A DNA stretch of 64,000 nt, from positions 3,076 through 67,075 of the forward strand of contig JBBPIE010000036.1 in assembly GCA_038040485.1 (NCBI GenBank). The letters run 5' to 3'. This document shows positions 18,730-26,915 of the stretch, in pieces. The first letter of the stretch is position 1. Each line of letters starts with the position of its first letter. The translations under genes and the position numbers were made by a program. The DNA comes from Candidatus Onstottus arcticum (lineage in GTDB: Bacteria; Acidobacteriota; Blastocatellia; UBA7656). The notes beneath the pieces were generated by a model. The model had not been told where the DNA came from, searched no databases, and saw only the letters and a program-made list of their open reading frames with translations.

Positions 18730-19998
18730 ATGAACCTTTCAGGTATAAGAGAGAACACAACGCTTGCGATGCAGTCGCTAGTAGTGAACAAGTTTCGCGC
18801 GGCGCTCACCATCCTGGGTGTGTTCATCGGCGTGCTGGTCATAGTGGCGATGGCGGCAGTGCTGAACGGATTTCGTCAGTCGGTGCTGGACAACGCCGAG
18901 AGCTTCGGCACGCGCAACGCCTACGTTTGGCGCTACCCGTTTATCATGACCAGCAAACCCTCGGCTGAAATCCTCAACCGCAAGCCGCTCTCGCTCGAAG
19001 ACGCACAGGCGATCGAGCGCGAAGTCCCAGCCGTCGAACACGTCTACGCGGGCATCGCGTACCAGATACCGATACCCGGCGAACTGCCGCAAGTCCCGCC
19101 GGAGGTTCGGTATCGCGACCGCGCGATGATTCGATCGCAACTGATCGGGAACTACCCGGTGGCTGAACTGGTGATGAACGTGGCGTTAGCCGAAGGCCGC
19201 TACTTCAATGACGCCGAGAACCTGCACCGGGCCTACGTGTGCGTGCTTGCGTTCAACGTCGTTGAAGCGCTCTTCCCAGTCGAAGACCCGATTGGCAAAA
19301 CGATCAACGTTGGCGGACAGGACTTCACCGTGGTCGGAACTGTAAAAAAGCAAAAAGCCGGGCCGTTTGGCTCGGAGAACCGGGAGGACAACGATGTCTT
19401 CATTCCGTACTGGACGTTTCACAAGATGTTCCCTTCAAAGGACGATCACTTTATCATCGTGCGAATGCGCGAGGGTCGGATGAGGGAAGGCATCGGCGGG
19501 ATCGAGCAGGCGCTCCGCACGCGGCGCAACGTCCCGCTCGATAAAGAGAACAACTTCGAGATAGGAACGCCGGACTCTTTCATGACGACCTTCGACGACA
19601 TAGTGGGCGCGGTCTTCGGCGTGATGCTGATCATCTCGTCGATTGCGTTTATGGTCGGCGGCGTCGGCGTGATGAACATAATGCTGGTAGCCGTCACGGA
19701 ACGCACGCGAGAGATCGGGATTCGAAAAGCACTTGGGGCTCGGCGAGCGGACATCACCTTGCAGTTTTTGACCGAAGCAGTGACGCTCACCGGAGCCGGT
19801 GGAGTAGCCGGTCTGTTGTTCGGATGGCTGCTCGCGTGGATGGTGTCGACGATGGTGCCCGCGCTGCTGATGAAGATCCCACTATGGGCCGCGGCGTTTG
19901 GGTTCTTCGGGTCGGTTACGGTAGGAATAGTCTTCGGTTTGTGGCCAGCGATGAAAGCAGCGAGGCTGGATCCGATCACTGCGCTGCGTCACGAGTAG
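18730..19998 (+). CDS. ABC transporter permease, MacB/FtsX family
   Basis: NKFRAALTILGVFIG; GGVGVMNIMLVAVTERTREIGIRKALGA; start MNLSG at 18730 (upstream ORF extension is repeat-derived). Confidence 0.93.
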   Translation: MNLSGIRENTTLAMQSLVVNKFRAALTILGVFIGVLVIVAMAAVLNGFRQSVLDNAESFGTRNAYVWRYPFIMTSKPSAEILNRKPLSLEDAQAIEREVPAVEHVYAGIAYQIPIPGELPQVPPEVRYRDRAMIRSQLIGNYPVAELVMNVALAEGRYFNDAENLHRAYVCVLAFNVVEALFPVEDPIGKTINVGGQDFTVVGTVKKQKAGPFGSENREDNDVFIPYWTFHKMFPSKDDHFIIVRMREGRMREGIGGIEQALRTRRNVPLDKENNFEIGTPDSFMTTFDDIVGAVFGVMLIISSIAFMVGGVGVMNIMLVAVTERTREIGIRKALGARRADITLQFLTEAVTLTGAGGVAGLLFGWLLAWMVSTMVPALLMKIPLWAAAFGFFGSVTVGIVFGLWPAMKAARLDPITALRHE

Positions 19999-20028
19999 TG
20001 CCATCCACCCAGCGCGTTCGTCAAAGGT

Positions 20029-20271
20029 TTACTTCATCCAGGAAGGCCGGGGATTCCCGTTCAAGAACCATTCTCCGAATGCGAGGAATCCCAGAAACGA
20101 GAGGATAACAACCAGATAGGCGATTTGAAGCTTCTTTCCCCGGACGACTTCTTTGTTATGAGTCCTGATCACACCTTCGTACTTTGAGTAGGTCTCTTGC
20201 GAAAGGCGCAACTGTTCCTTCTGGGTACCCAAAATCTCTTCAAGTAGCCGCACAACCCGGTCGTCATCCAT
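20029..20271 (-). CDS. Small single-TM hypothetical protein
   Basis: 80 aa, helical N-terminus, hydrophobic C-terminal helix; 15 bp downstream of mglA. Confidence 0.6.
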   Translation of the reverse strand: MDDDRVVRLLEEILGTQKEQLRLSQETYSKYEGVIRTHNKEVVRGKKLQIAYLVVILSFLGFLAFGEWFLNGNPRPSWMK

Positions 20272-20286
20272 ATCGGTTCCACGCGC

Positions 20287-20883
20287 CTATCCGCCGCCGC
20301 TGTTTTTTCGAAGCTCCAACAAGACCTGCTTGGCGATCGCCTTCAACGTGTCGAATACCCCCACTCCTTTGTTGGCCACGCCTTCAAACATCGGTTCGTC
20401 CTTGCGAATCAACTCGGTCCTTAGCTCCTGTGGTGAAACGACGTTGGGCAGGTCGCGTTTGTTGAGCTGAAGCACGTAGGGCATCTTCATCAAGTCGTAG
20501 CCGTGCTGCTTCAGGTTCAGTTCCAGGTTGAACAGCGATTCGACGTTCGCATCCATTCGCTCGCGCTGCGAGTCCGCGACAAACACTACGCCGTCAACGC
20601 CCTTCAAGATCAGCTTGCGGCTCGCGTCATAGAAAACCTGGCCGGGCACAGTGTAGAGATGAAACCGCGTCTTGAAGCCGCGCACCGTTCCGAGATCGAG
20701 CGGCAGAAAGTCGAAGAACAACGTCCGGTCGGTTTCGGTAGCAAGGCTTATCAGCTTGCCTTTTGCCTGGGCGGAGGTCGAGTCGTAGATGTATTGCAGG
20801 TTTGTGGTCTTCCCACCAAGACCAGGCCCGTAATAAACGATCTTGCAGTTTATTTCTCGCGATGCGTAGTTGATGAACGTCAA
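20287..20883 (-). CDS. mglA: MglA small Ras-like GTPase
   Basis: FINYASREINCKIVYYGPGLGGKTTNLQYIY, ETDRTLFFDFLPL, TVPGQVFY, NKRDL; TTG start. Confidence 0.96.
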   Translation of the reverse strand: MTFINYASREINCKIVYYGPGLGGKTTNLQYIYDSTSAQAKGKLISLATETDRTLFFDFLPLDLGTVRGFKTRFHLYTVPGQVFYDASRKLILKGVDGVVFVADSQRERMDANVESLFNLELNLKQHGYDLMKMPYVLQLNKRDLPNVVSPQELRTELIRKDEPMFEGVANKGVGVFDTLKAIAKQVLLELRKNSGGG

Positions 20884-20977
20884 GGCTCGTATCCCTTATC
20901 GCTGGGCCGGGGAGTTCGGGGCTCGCCCCGGTCGACCTGGGGGTTCGGGGGCAGTCGCGAGCCTCACAGCACGGAGA

Positions 20978-21469
20978 CTAGCTGAACAGAGCGTCTATGT
21001 CCTCTTCGGTTATTTCCGCGAATGGCGAATCGAACCCAATTCCCATGTCGCGCTCGCGGGTTAACTTCGAGTCGATCAATTCGTAGATCCCGTTCATCTC
21101 GGCAGTCGCGCGCTTCACCCGCAGTCTCACAAGACCCAGGCTCGAACGCTCGTCGAAGATCACCACCAGTATGACCCGCGAAGCTACTATCGAGATGTGA
21201 AGATTGTCGCGCTCGCCCTCGTGCGAGAGGACAGGAAAGCCGCGCTCTCCGATCAAGTGAGCCAACCCGTCTGTGGCCGCTACGTTGCCCGCGGTCAGGC
21301 TCGCAAGACTTGTTGTGTCGAGGTTCAGCATCTCACCGTGCGCGGCGATCTGCTGTCCATTTTTGTCGACCAGAAACACAAACTTTGCGTTGGCGTCAGC
21401 GCACAAGCGCGTGATCACGTGCTTCAGTTGGGCGTATTCTTCTTCGTACAGAACGACCGGAGTCGTCAT
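20978..21469 (-). CDS. mglB: MglB roadblock/LC7 GAP
   Basis: LVDKNGQ.IA, LDTTSLASLTAGNVAAT.GLA, SSLGLVRLR, SPFAEITEEDIDALF. Confidence 0.95.
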   Translation of the reverse strand: MTTPVVLYEEEYAQLKHVITRLCADANAKFVFLVDKNGQQIAAHGEMLNLDTTSLASLTAGNVAATDGLAHLIGERGFPVLSHEGERDNLHISIVASRVILVVIFDERSSLGLVRLRVKRATAEMNGIYELIDSKLTRERDMGIGFDSPFAEITEEDIDALFS

Positions 21470-21626
21470 CGCTTGTCCTCAATCGTCTTTCGCGTAAGGG
21501 GACCTGATCTAGTCACGCCGCCTGATCGAATAAACGGAGTCACGGCTGCCTCCGGCGTGCCCGCTGCTGATGTGGTCTGTTGCTCGCTGAAGCGTAATTC
21601 AGAGGGGCATCTGTGGGGTACGGCTG

Positions 21627-21655
21627 TTTATAGCACGGCACCTACCCCATATCAA
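21627..21655 (-). promoter_or_regulatory. Sigma70 promoter for mglBA
   Basis: TTGATA-17 bp-TATAAA with extended -10 TG. Confidence 0.6.
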
Positions 21656-21934
21656 CACTTTTCCTGACTGGCGCTTAGCGGCACATCGACCGGCCTCGAC
21701 TGAGCGATGCACGTTCCCTAAGAAGAACCTATCCGCAGTCCAAGCGAGGCACACCCTCGCCGGATTAATCGCGAACGCCTTGATTTGCGTGAGGGCGTTG
21801 TCCTCGCGGACTTTCCCGTCAAGAAGCGCGCGACTATACTGTGGAAACCGGGCGGCGACGCGGAATCACAGGCAAGGATGTTCAAGCAAAACACGAGAGA
21901 CGCATTTTACTGGGCTGATCTCGGCAACAGGCTC

Positions 21935-21982
21935 TCCGTCTTTTCCGTCTTTTCCGTCCCTTCCGTCGTTTCTGTCATTTCC
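21935..21982. repeat. 9-bp tandem repeat (TCCGTCTTT-like x5)
   Basis: tccgtcttt tccgtcttt tccgtccct tccgtcgtt tctgtcatt tcc directly before the M20 SD. Confidence 0.75.
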
Positions 21983-21995
21983 TTTGGGAGAATCC

Positions 21996-23162
21996 ATGGA
22001 CTCTAAGTTTGCCAAACACGTCGACCGCGACGAGATCGTCCGAATAGTCTGCGAGCTGGTTCGCCACAACACCGTCAACCCGCCAGGCAACGAACACCTC
22101 TGCAAAGAGATCGTGACCGAGTGCATGAAATCGCTCGGCATGGAAATCTCTTATTATGAGAAGGAGCCGGGGCGCACCAACATCGTCGGCCGAATCGGCA
22201 ACGGCGCGAAGTCTATCGGCTTCGTCTCGCACATGGACGTCGTCCCACCTGGCGAACTCGAGCAGTGGAACACGCCGCCATTCGAGCCAACGATTATCGA
22301 CGACCACATTTACGGGCGCGGCACGCTCGACGACAAGGGCTCGTTCGCCTGCGCGTTCTCGGCGTGCAAGGCCTTTCTCGCCGAGCATCCGAGCTTTGAC
22401 GGCACTATCTATCTGATCGCGGCGGCCGACGAAGAACTCGGCTCGGAACTGGGCATCATCTATCTGGTGGAAGAGTGCGGGCTCAAATTCGACGTTGCAA
22501 TCATCCCGGACGGCGGGCGGATGGATCTTTCGATCTACGGCGAGAAGGGAATCCTTTGGGTTGAGCTTGAAAGCCGCGGCGTTCAGGCTCATGGTTCGAC
22601 GCCGGAACTCGGCCGCAACGCGATTATCCCGTTGGCAGAAGCGATTGTGGAGATCAAAGAACTTGACCTCGGAGCGAGCTACGATCACGCGTTCGACGGC
22701 TGGACGATGAACGTGGGAACGATTCATGGCGGCTCGTCGAGTAATACAGTGCCGTCGATGGCTCGCGCGTCGATTGATTTTCGTTTGCCTGCGGGGATCA
22801 GCAAGTCTCAGGTGCTTGCGCAGATCGAAGACAAGCTCGCCGCGGTTCGCCGGCGCTCGCCTGATTCGGAGGTCAGTGTGAAAGTGCTTCATGAGACCGA
22901 GCCGCACATTTCAGACAAGAACTCGATAATCATCCGCAGCTTTGACACGGCGGCGCGCAGGCTCGGGCTTCCGATGAACTATGAAACGTTCGGCGGGAAC
23001 ACCGTCGCTAAGAACCTATACTTCGCCGGGATCATCTCAGTAGTGCACTACCCGGGCGACGACAAGCTTGCCCACGTGCCAAACGAGTTCGTGATCATTG
23101 ACGAATTGGTGTTGGGTTCTGTTCTTTATGCCGAGACGCTCGAGGCTTACTTCTTTGGTTAG
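21996..23162 (+). CDS. M20 metallopeptidase, ArgE/DapE family
   Basis: SHMDVVP, YGRGTLDDKG, ADEE, QAHGS.P..G.NA, AHVPNE; start MDSK at 21996. Confidence 0.92.
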   Translation: MDSKFAKHVDRDEIVRIVCELVRHNTVNPPGNEHLCKEIVTECMKSLGMEISYYEKEPGRTNIVGRIGNGAKSIGFVSHMDVVPPGELEQWNTPPFEPTIIDDHIYGRGTLDDKGSFACAFSACKAFLAEHPSFDGTIYLIAAADEELGSELGIIYLVEECGLKFDVAIIPDGGRMDLSIYGEKGILWVELESRGVQAHGSTPELGRNAIIPLAEAIVEIKELDLGASYDHAFDGWTMNVGTIHGGSSSNTVPSMARASIDFRLPAGISKSQVLAQIEDKLAAVRRRSPDSEVSVKVLHETEPHISDKNSIIIRSFDTAARRLGLPMNYETFGGNTVAKNLYFAGIISVVHYPGDDKLAHVPNEFVIIDELVLGSVLYAETLEAYFFG

Positions 23163-23166
23163 TTCA

Positions 23167-25755
23167 TTGACGACTCGTCAAACCTCCGTGCTCTTCGCTC
23201 GTAGTCCCGCCTTCAGGCGGAAGCTTGTCCCTCGACGCATCGATCAATCACTCACGAACTTCCGCCTGAAGGCGGGACTACGAACAGAACAGTGCCAAGG
23301 TGCTCTGCGCAGGCTCTGCGTTCTCTGTACCTGTGCGGTTGGCTTGGTACTGAGCCTGTCAGGCACAGCAACCGCGCAAAGCATGCAAGCAAAGGCTAAC
23401 GAGATTCGCGGGGCGATGGACGCGCGGGAATTCGAGCGCGCCGAAACGCTCGTCAAAGAACTCCGTGCAAGCGACGCGGCGGCGTTCACCCGGAACAACT
23501 ACGACTACCTTCTCGCCCGGCTAACGGAACGCCGCGGGGCGCGCGCCGAAGCCTCAGCCCTCTATCTCGAACTTCTCAATCGCAAGTCCCCGCTCTCCGA
23601 ATATTCGCTGTGGCACTTGTCGCTAAACTCCCGCGCGGCGGGCGATCTCGCGCTCGAGCGCCAATACATCACGCGGTTGCTCGCTGCGTTTCCGGCGAGC
23701 GCTCTTGCTGCAAGGGCCCGCGACCGCATGATCTCGAGCCTCACGGAGAGCGGCGATTTTCGCGGGAGCATTGCGTTGCTGCGGCCCGTGGCTTCGACCG
23801 CCGGCGCGCGAGGGCGAAGCGCGATGGGGCGTTTGGCCGAGGCTTACGTGAAGATCGGCGATCAGCAGTCGGCGCGTTCTCTTTTCAACCAACTGATCAA
23901 CGGTTCGCGTGACGACTATTCGCTTCAGGGCGCGATGGGGCTCGACGCGCTCGTTCGAGCTTCGAAGGAGAAACCGAACGAGTTCGAAGCGATTCGCCGC
24001 GCGAGGATCTACTTGTCGAATCGTCACTGGTCCGAAGCGCGCGCGCACTTCACCGACGTAGTCGAGCGGTTCCCTGAAAGCCCGAATCGTGCTGAAGCGC
24101 TTTATCAAGCGGGATATGCCGCTTATCGCGAGGAGAACTACGACGACGCGATCCGCTGGTTCGCTCGCGCGCACGCCGAGTTCCCGGAAAAGCCCGAAGG
24201 CGAGCAGGGCTATTACTGGGTGGCAACCGCGCTTCAGAAGGCGAGGCGCTACGAAGACGCCGCTCGCCGCTACAGCGAATTCATCACCGCTTATCCGAAG
24301 AGCACGCTGGTCGAAGGCGCATATCGCAACGTGTCTGATAGCTTTCGTTACGCAGGCAAAGACAATGAAGCCATTGCGTGGTCCAGGCAAATCCAACAGC
24401 GCTTTGCCGGCCAGCCGCTGGCAACCGTTGGGCTGTACAACGAAGCAAAGATCGAGCTGACCCGTAAGAACTACAACGCGGCGATTCAGCTTCTGCTGAG
24501 ATTGTCGGCGCTGCCGCTAACGCCAAAGTTCGTGAGCGCACCGATTCGCGGCGAAGCGGTCTTCATTCGCATCTACGCAATCGAGCAGATGGGAAGACTC
24601 GGTGAGGCGGCGCGGCTGTACCTCGCGATCCCCGATGAGCGCGACAACTACTTCGGCCATCGCGCGACGCTGAGGCTCCAGGCTATGGCCGCGACCGAAG
24701 AAGGCAAGCGGATCATCGAATCGCTTGCGCGCGGATACCGCGACCAGGCGCGAGCCGCCGTTGCCGGCGGGCGGTATTCAGAAGCAAAAGACGCCGCGAC
24801 GCAAGCGCTCCGACTGATCACCAACGATGCAGCCGCGCGGGATCTGCTTTCGATCCTTCGCACCTGCTACGCGCGACTTCCTGCCTACAACATAAGCTCT
24901 CGGTTCCGGTTGATCGCCGCCGCGCGCCCTGCTTTCCAAGCATCGCAGCAAGCAGCAAGCGATTCTTCTCACTCTGCGCTGGCAGCAGAGCTGTTGTTCC
25001 TTGGCTTGTACGACGAAGGCGCAACTGAGTTGAGGCTTGGAGGGTTCGGCGGCGCGCGCGCAACCGGCGATGCGAGCGACGGGCAAGACGCACAACCGGA
25101 CGAGGGCGCTCCTCGAAACTCGGGCGGCGATGTCTCGTACTCGCTCGCGGTCTACAGCAATCGAGGCGACCACGCGCATTATGCGATTGCGTTTGCCGAA
25201 CCGCTTGCGCGGTCAATTCCGCAAGACTACAACCTAGAGCTGCTGCCGCGAGACCTCGCCCAGATGCTGTACCCCGCGCCGTATCGCGATGCATTGAATC
25301 GTTACTCGAGGCGGACCGAAGTCGACCCGCGACTGGTGCTTGCGATTGGGAGACAGGAGAGCCGCTTCAATCCTTCGGTTAAGAGTTCGGCTGCCGCGCG
25401 CGGGCTCGTGCAGTTTATTCAAGAGACGGCGTTGAAGCTTGCGGAGGAAGAGGGGCTGAAGAACTTCGAGCTTGACGATGTGTATGAGCCGGAGATCGCG
25501 ATTCGTCTCGCGGTGCGTTATGTTGCGGACTTGTTGAAACTCTTTCCCGGCAATCCGTACGCGGTGCTGGCGTCCTACAGCGGCGGCGAACAGAACGTCG
25601 AACGATGGATCTTCCGCGCGCGCTCCGCCGATGCCGACCGGCTGATGGGAGAGATCGCGTTCCCGGAAACAAAAGACTATGTTGCAAAGGTGATGAACAA
25701 CTACTGGGCTTATCAGTCGCTGTACTCGCGCGAACTTGCAAACTCGCAACGTTGA
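23167..25755 (+). CDS. TPR-containing soluble lytic transglycosylase (Slt-like); start uncertain
   Basis: Many TPRs; C-terminal SLT domain RQESRFNP..S.A.ARGLVQF, LASY.GG..NV.RW, ETKDYV.KV. Confidence 0.88.
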   Translation: MTTRQTSVLFARSPAFRRKLVPRRIDQSLTNFRLKAGLRTEQCQGALRRLCVLCTCAVGLVLSLSGTATAQSMQAKANEIRGAMDAREFERAETLVKELRASDAAAFTRNNYDYLLARLTERRGARAEASALYLELLNRKSPLSEYSLWHLSLNSRAAGDLALERQYITRLLAAFPASALAARARDRMISSLTESGDFRGSIALLRPVASTAGARGRSAMGRLAEAYVKIGDQQSARSLFNQLINGSRDDYSLQGAMGLDALVRASKEKPNEFEAIRRARIYLSNRHWSEARAHFTDVVERFPESPNRAEALYQAGYAAYREENYDDAIRWFARAHAEFPEKPEGEQGYYWVATALQKARRYEDAARRYSEFITAYPKSTLVEGAYRNVSDSFRYAGKDNEAIAWSRQIQQRFAGQPLATVGLYNEAKIELTRKNYNAAIQLLLRLSALPLTPKFVSAPIRGEAVFIRIYAIEQMGRLGEAARLYLAIPDERDNYFGHRATLRLQAMAATEEGKRIIESLARGYRDQARAAVAGGRYSEAKDAATQALRLITNDAAARDLLSILRTCYARLPAYNISSRFRLIAAARPAFQASQQAASDSSHSALAAELLFLGLYDEGATELRLGGFGGARATGDASDGQDAQPDEGAPRNSGGDVSYSLAVYSNRGDHAHYAIAFAEPLARSIPQDYNLELLPRDLAQMLYPAPYRDALNRYSRRTEVDPRLVLAIGRQESRFNPSVKSSAAARGLVQFIQETALKLAEEEGLKNFELDDVYEPEIAIRLAVRYVADLLKLFPGNPYAVLASYSGGEQNVERWIFRARSADADRLMGEIAFPETKDYVAKVMNNYWAYQSLYSRELANSQR
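23199..23283. repeat. GTAG-type REP-like inverted doublet, family B
   Basis: Perfect 25-bp IR TCGTAGTCCCGCCTTCAGGCGGAAG (23199-23223) / 23259-23283, each arm with internal hairpin CCGCCTTCAGGCGG. Confidence 0.85.
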
Positions 25756-25871
25756 AACCAGCAACTCAAAACGGAATGCTTGCGCTGCGTCCCAGGCCGC
25801 GCCCGCTCATTAGAGCAAACAAGCCAATTGTGACTTTCCGCGTAGATGTTCACGTCCTACTGACGGGAGAA

Positions 25872-26891
25872 TCAGTTTCCGATCGCTAGCACGGTTTTCC
25901 ACTGATTCCCGCCGTCCTCCGTGCGGTAAATCGTGTCTCGTCCGACGAGCCACCCTGTCTTAGAGTCCGTAAAGACAACGCGACTATAGAATAACTGGGT
26001 GCCAGGAACGGAGACTGGCGCCCAGGTCACGCCTCCGTCCTCAGTACGAAGGACCACGCCCCAAACTCTGTCTGGTCCTGTTGGGAGCCTCTCTCGGTCG
26101 GTCCCGACCGCCCAGCCATTGCGAGAATCACGAAAGAAAAGCGAGAAGATGTCAATGTTTTCGAGAGGAAGGTCGTGGCGGAGCCAAGTTGTGCCGCCAT
26201 CGGTCGTTGAATACACCTTGCTTCGGGGCCTTGAGGAGACCCAACCGTTCGACTTATCCAGGAAGGAGGCGCTATTGATCTCGGTAGTGACCGGGCTGAC
26301 TTGCTGCCACTTCCAGGTTAGCCCGGAATCAGTGGTGTGATATAACACGCCTCTCTCACCGCAGAGCCATCCATACTGTGAGTCTGCAAACTCGAAGGAA
26401 TGGAAAAGCGAGGTAGGGCTCTTGGCGTTGTCGATAGGGAAGACTCGTTGCCAGTCAAAGCCCCCATTCGATGTTCTCCACATACTGACCGCTTCGATCG
26501 CCCACCCATTCATGTCGTCGGCGAAATAGATGTTCTCCGCGGAGTTGCCGTCGTGCAGCGTCGAACGCAACCGCCATTTGTTACCGCCATCGGTGGTGTG
26601 CCAGACTTCCCCTCGTTCCTTGAGAGCCCATCCGGCCGTTTCACTTACAAAGGAGATAGATCGGCACCCAGCGAGGGCTTTGTTGTTAGACCGATCCCAT
26701 GTATTACCTCCATCGGAGGTCCTTAACAACTCGCCTTTTGGCGATAAGAACCAGGCGTAATTGGCGCCGCGAAAGCTGCTTTGAACCCTTCGCCACTCCA
26801 TGTTTACAGACTTGTCATTAAGACCTGGCTGCTGGGAGCAGTTGGCAAAGATTGCCGCAACTAGGGTGATGACAAACGCCGTGTTACTCAT
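25872..26891 (-). CDS. BNR/Ycf48-like beta-propeller lipoprotein, candidate immunity protein
   Basis: Repeated F.D...GW......T.DGG.TW units; lipobox-like IFANC; 24 bp downstream of the RHS gene. Confidence 0.8.
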   Translation of the reverse strand: MSNTAFVITLVAAIFANCSQQPGLNDKSVNMEWRRVQSSFRGANYAWFLSPKGELLRTSDGGNTWDRSNNKALAGCRSISFVSETAGWALKERGEVWHTTDGGNKWRLRSTLHDGNSAENIYFADDMNGWAIEAVSMWRTSNGGFDWQRVFPIDNAKSPTSLFHSFEFADSQYGWLCGERGVLYHTTDSGLTWKWQQVSPVTTEINSASFLDKSNGWVSSRPRSKVYSTTDGGTTWLRHDLPLENIDIFSLFFRDSRNGWAVGTDRERLPTGPDRVWGVVLRTEDGGVTWAPVSVPGTQLFYSRVVFTDSKTGWLVGRDTIYRTEDGGNQWKTVLAIGN

Positions 26892-26915
26892 GATGAAATC
26901 CGTCTGGGTTATCGA

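Noticed and set aside
21780-21995. N-terminal extension of the M20 ORF
   Set aside because: Translates promoter and repeat DNA (PSFPSFPSL); a good SD precedes ATG 21996.
21975-22907. 310-aa minus-strand ORF and similar long antisense ORFs in tricorn, GT2, RHS and slt
   Set aside because: Fully overlap well-supported genes; Arg/Val-rich shadow composition.
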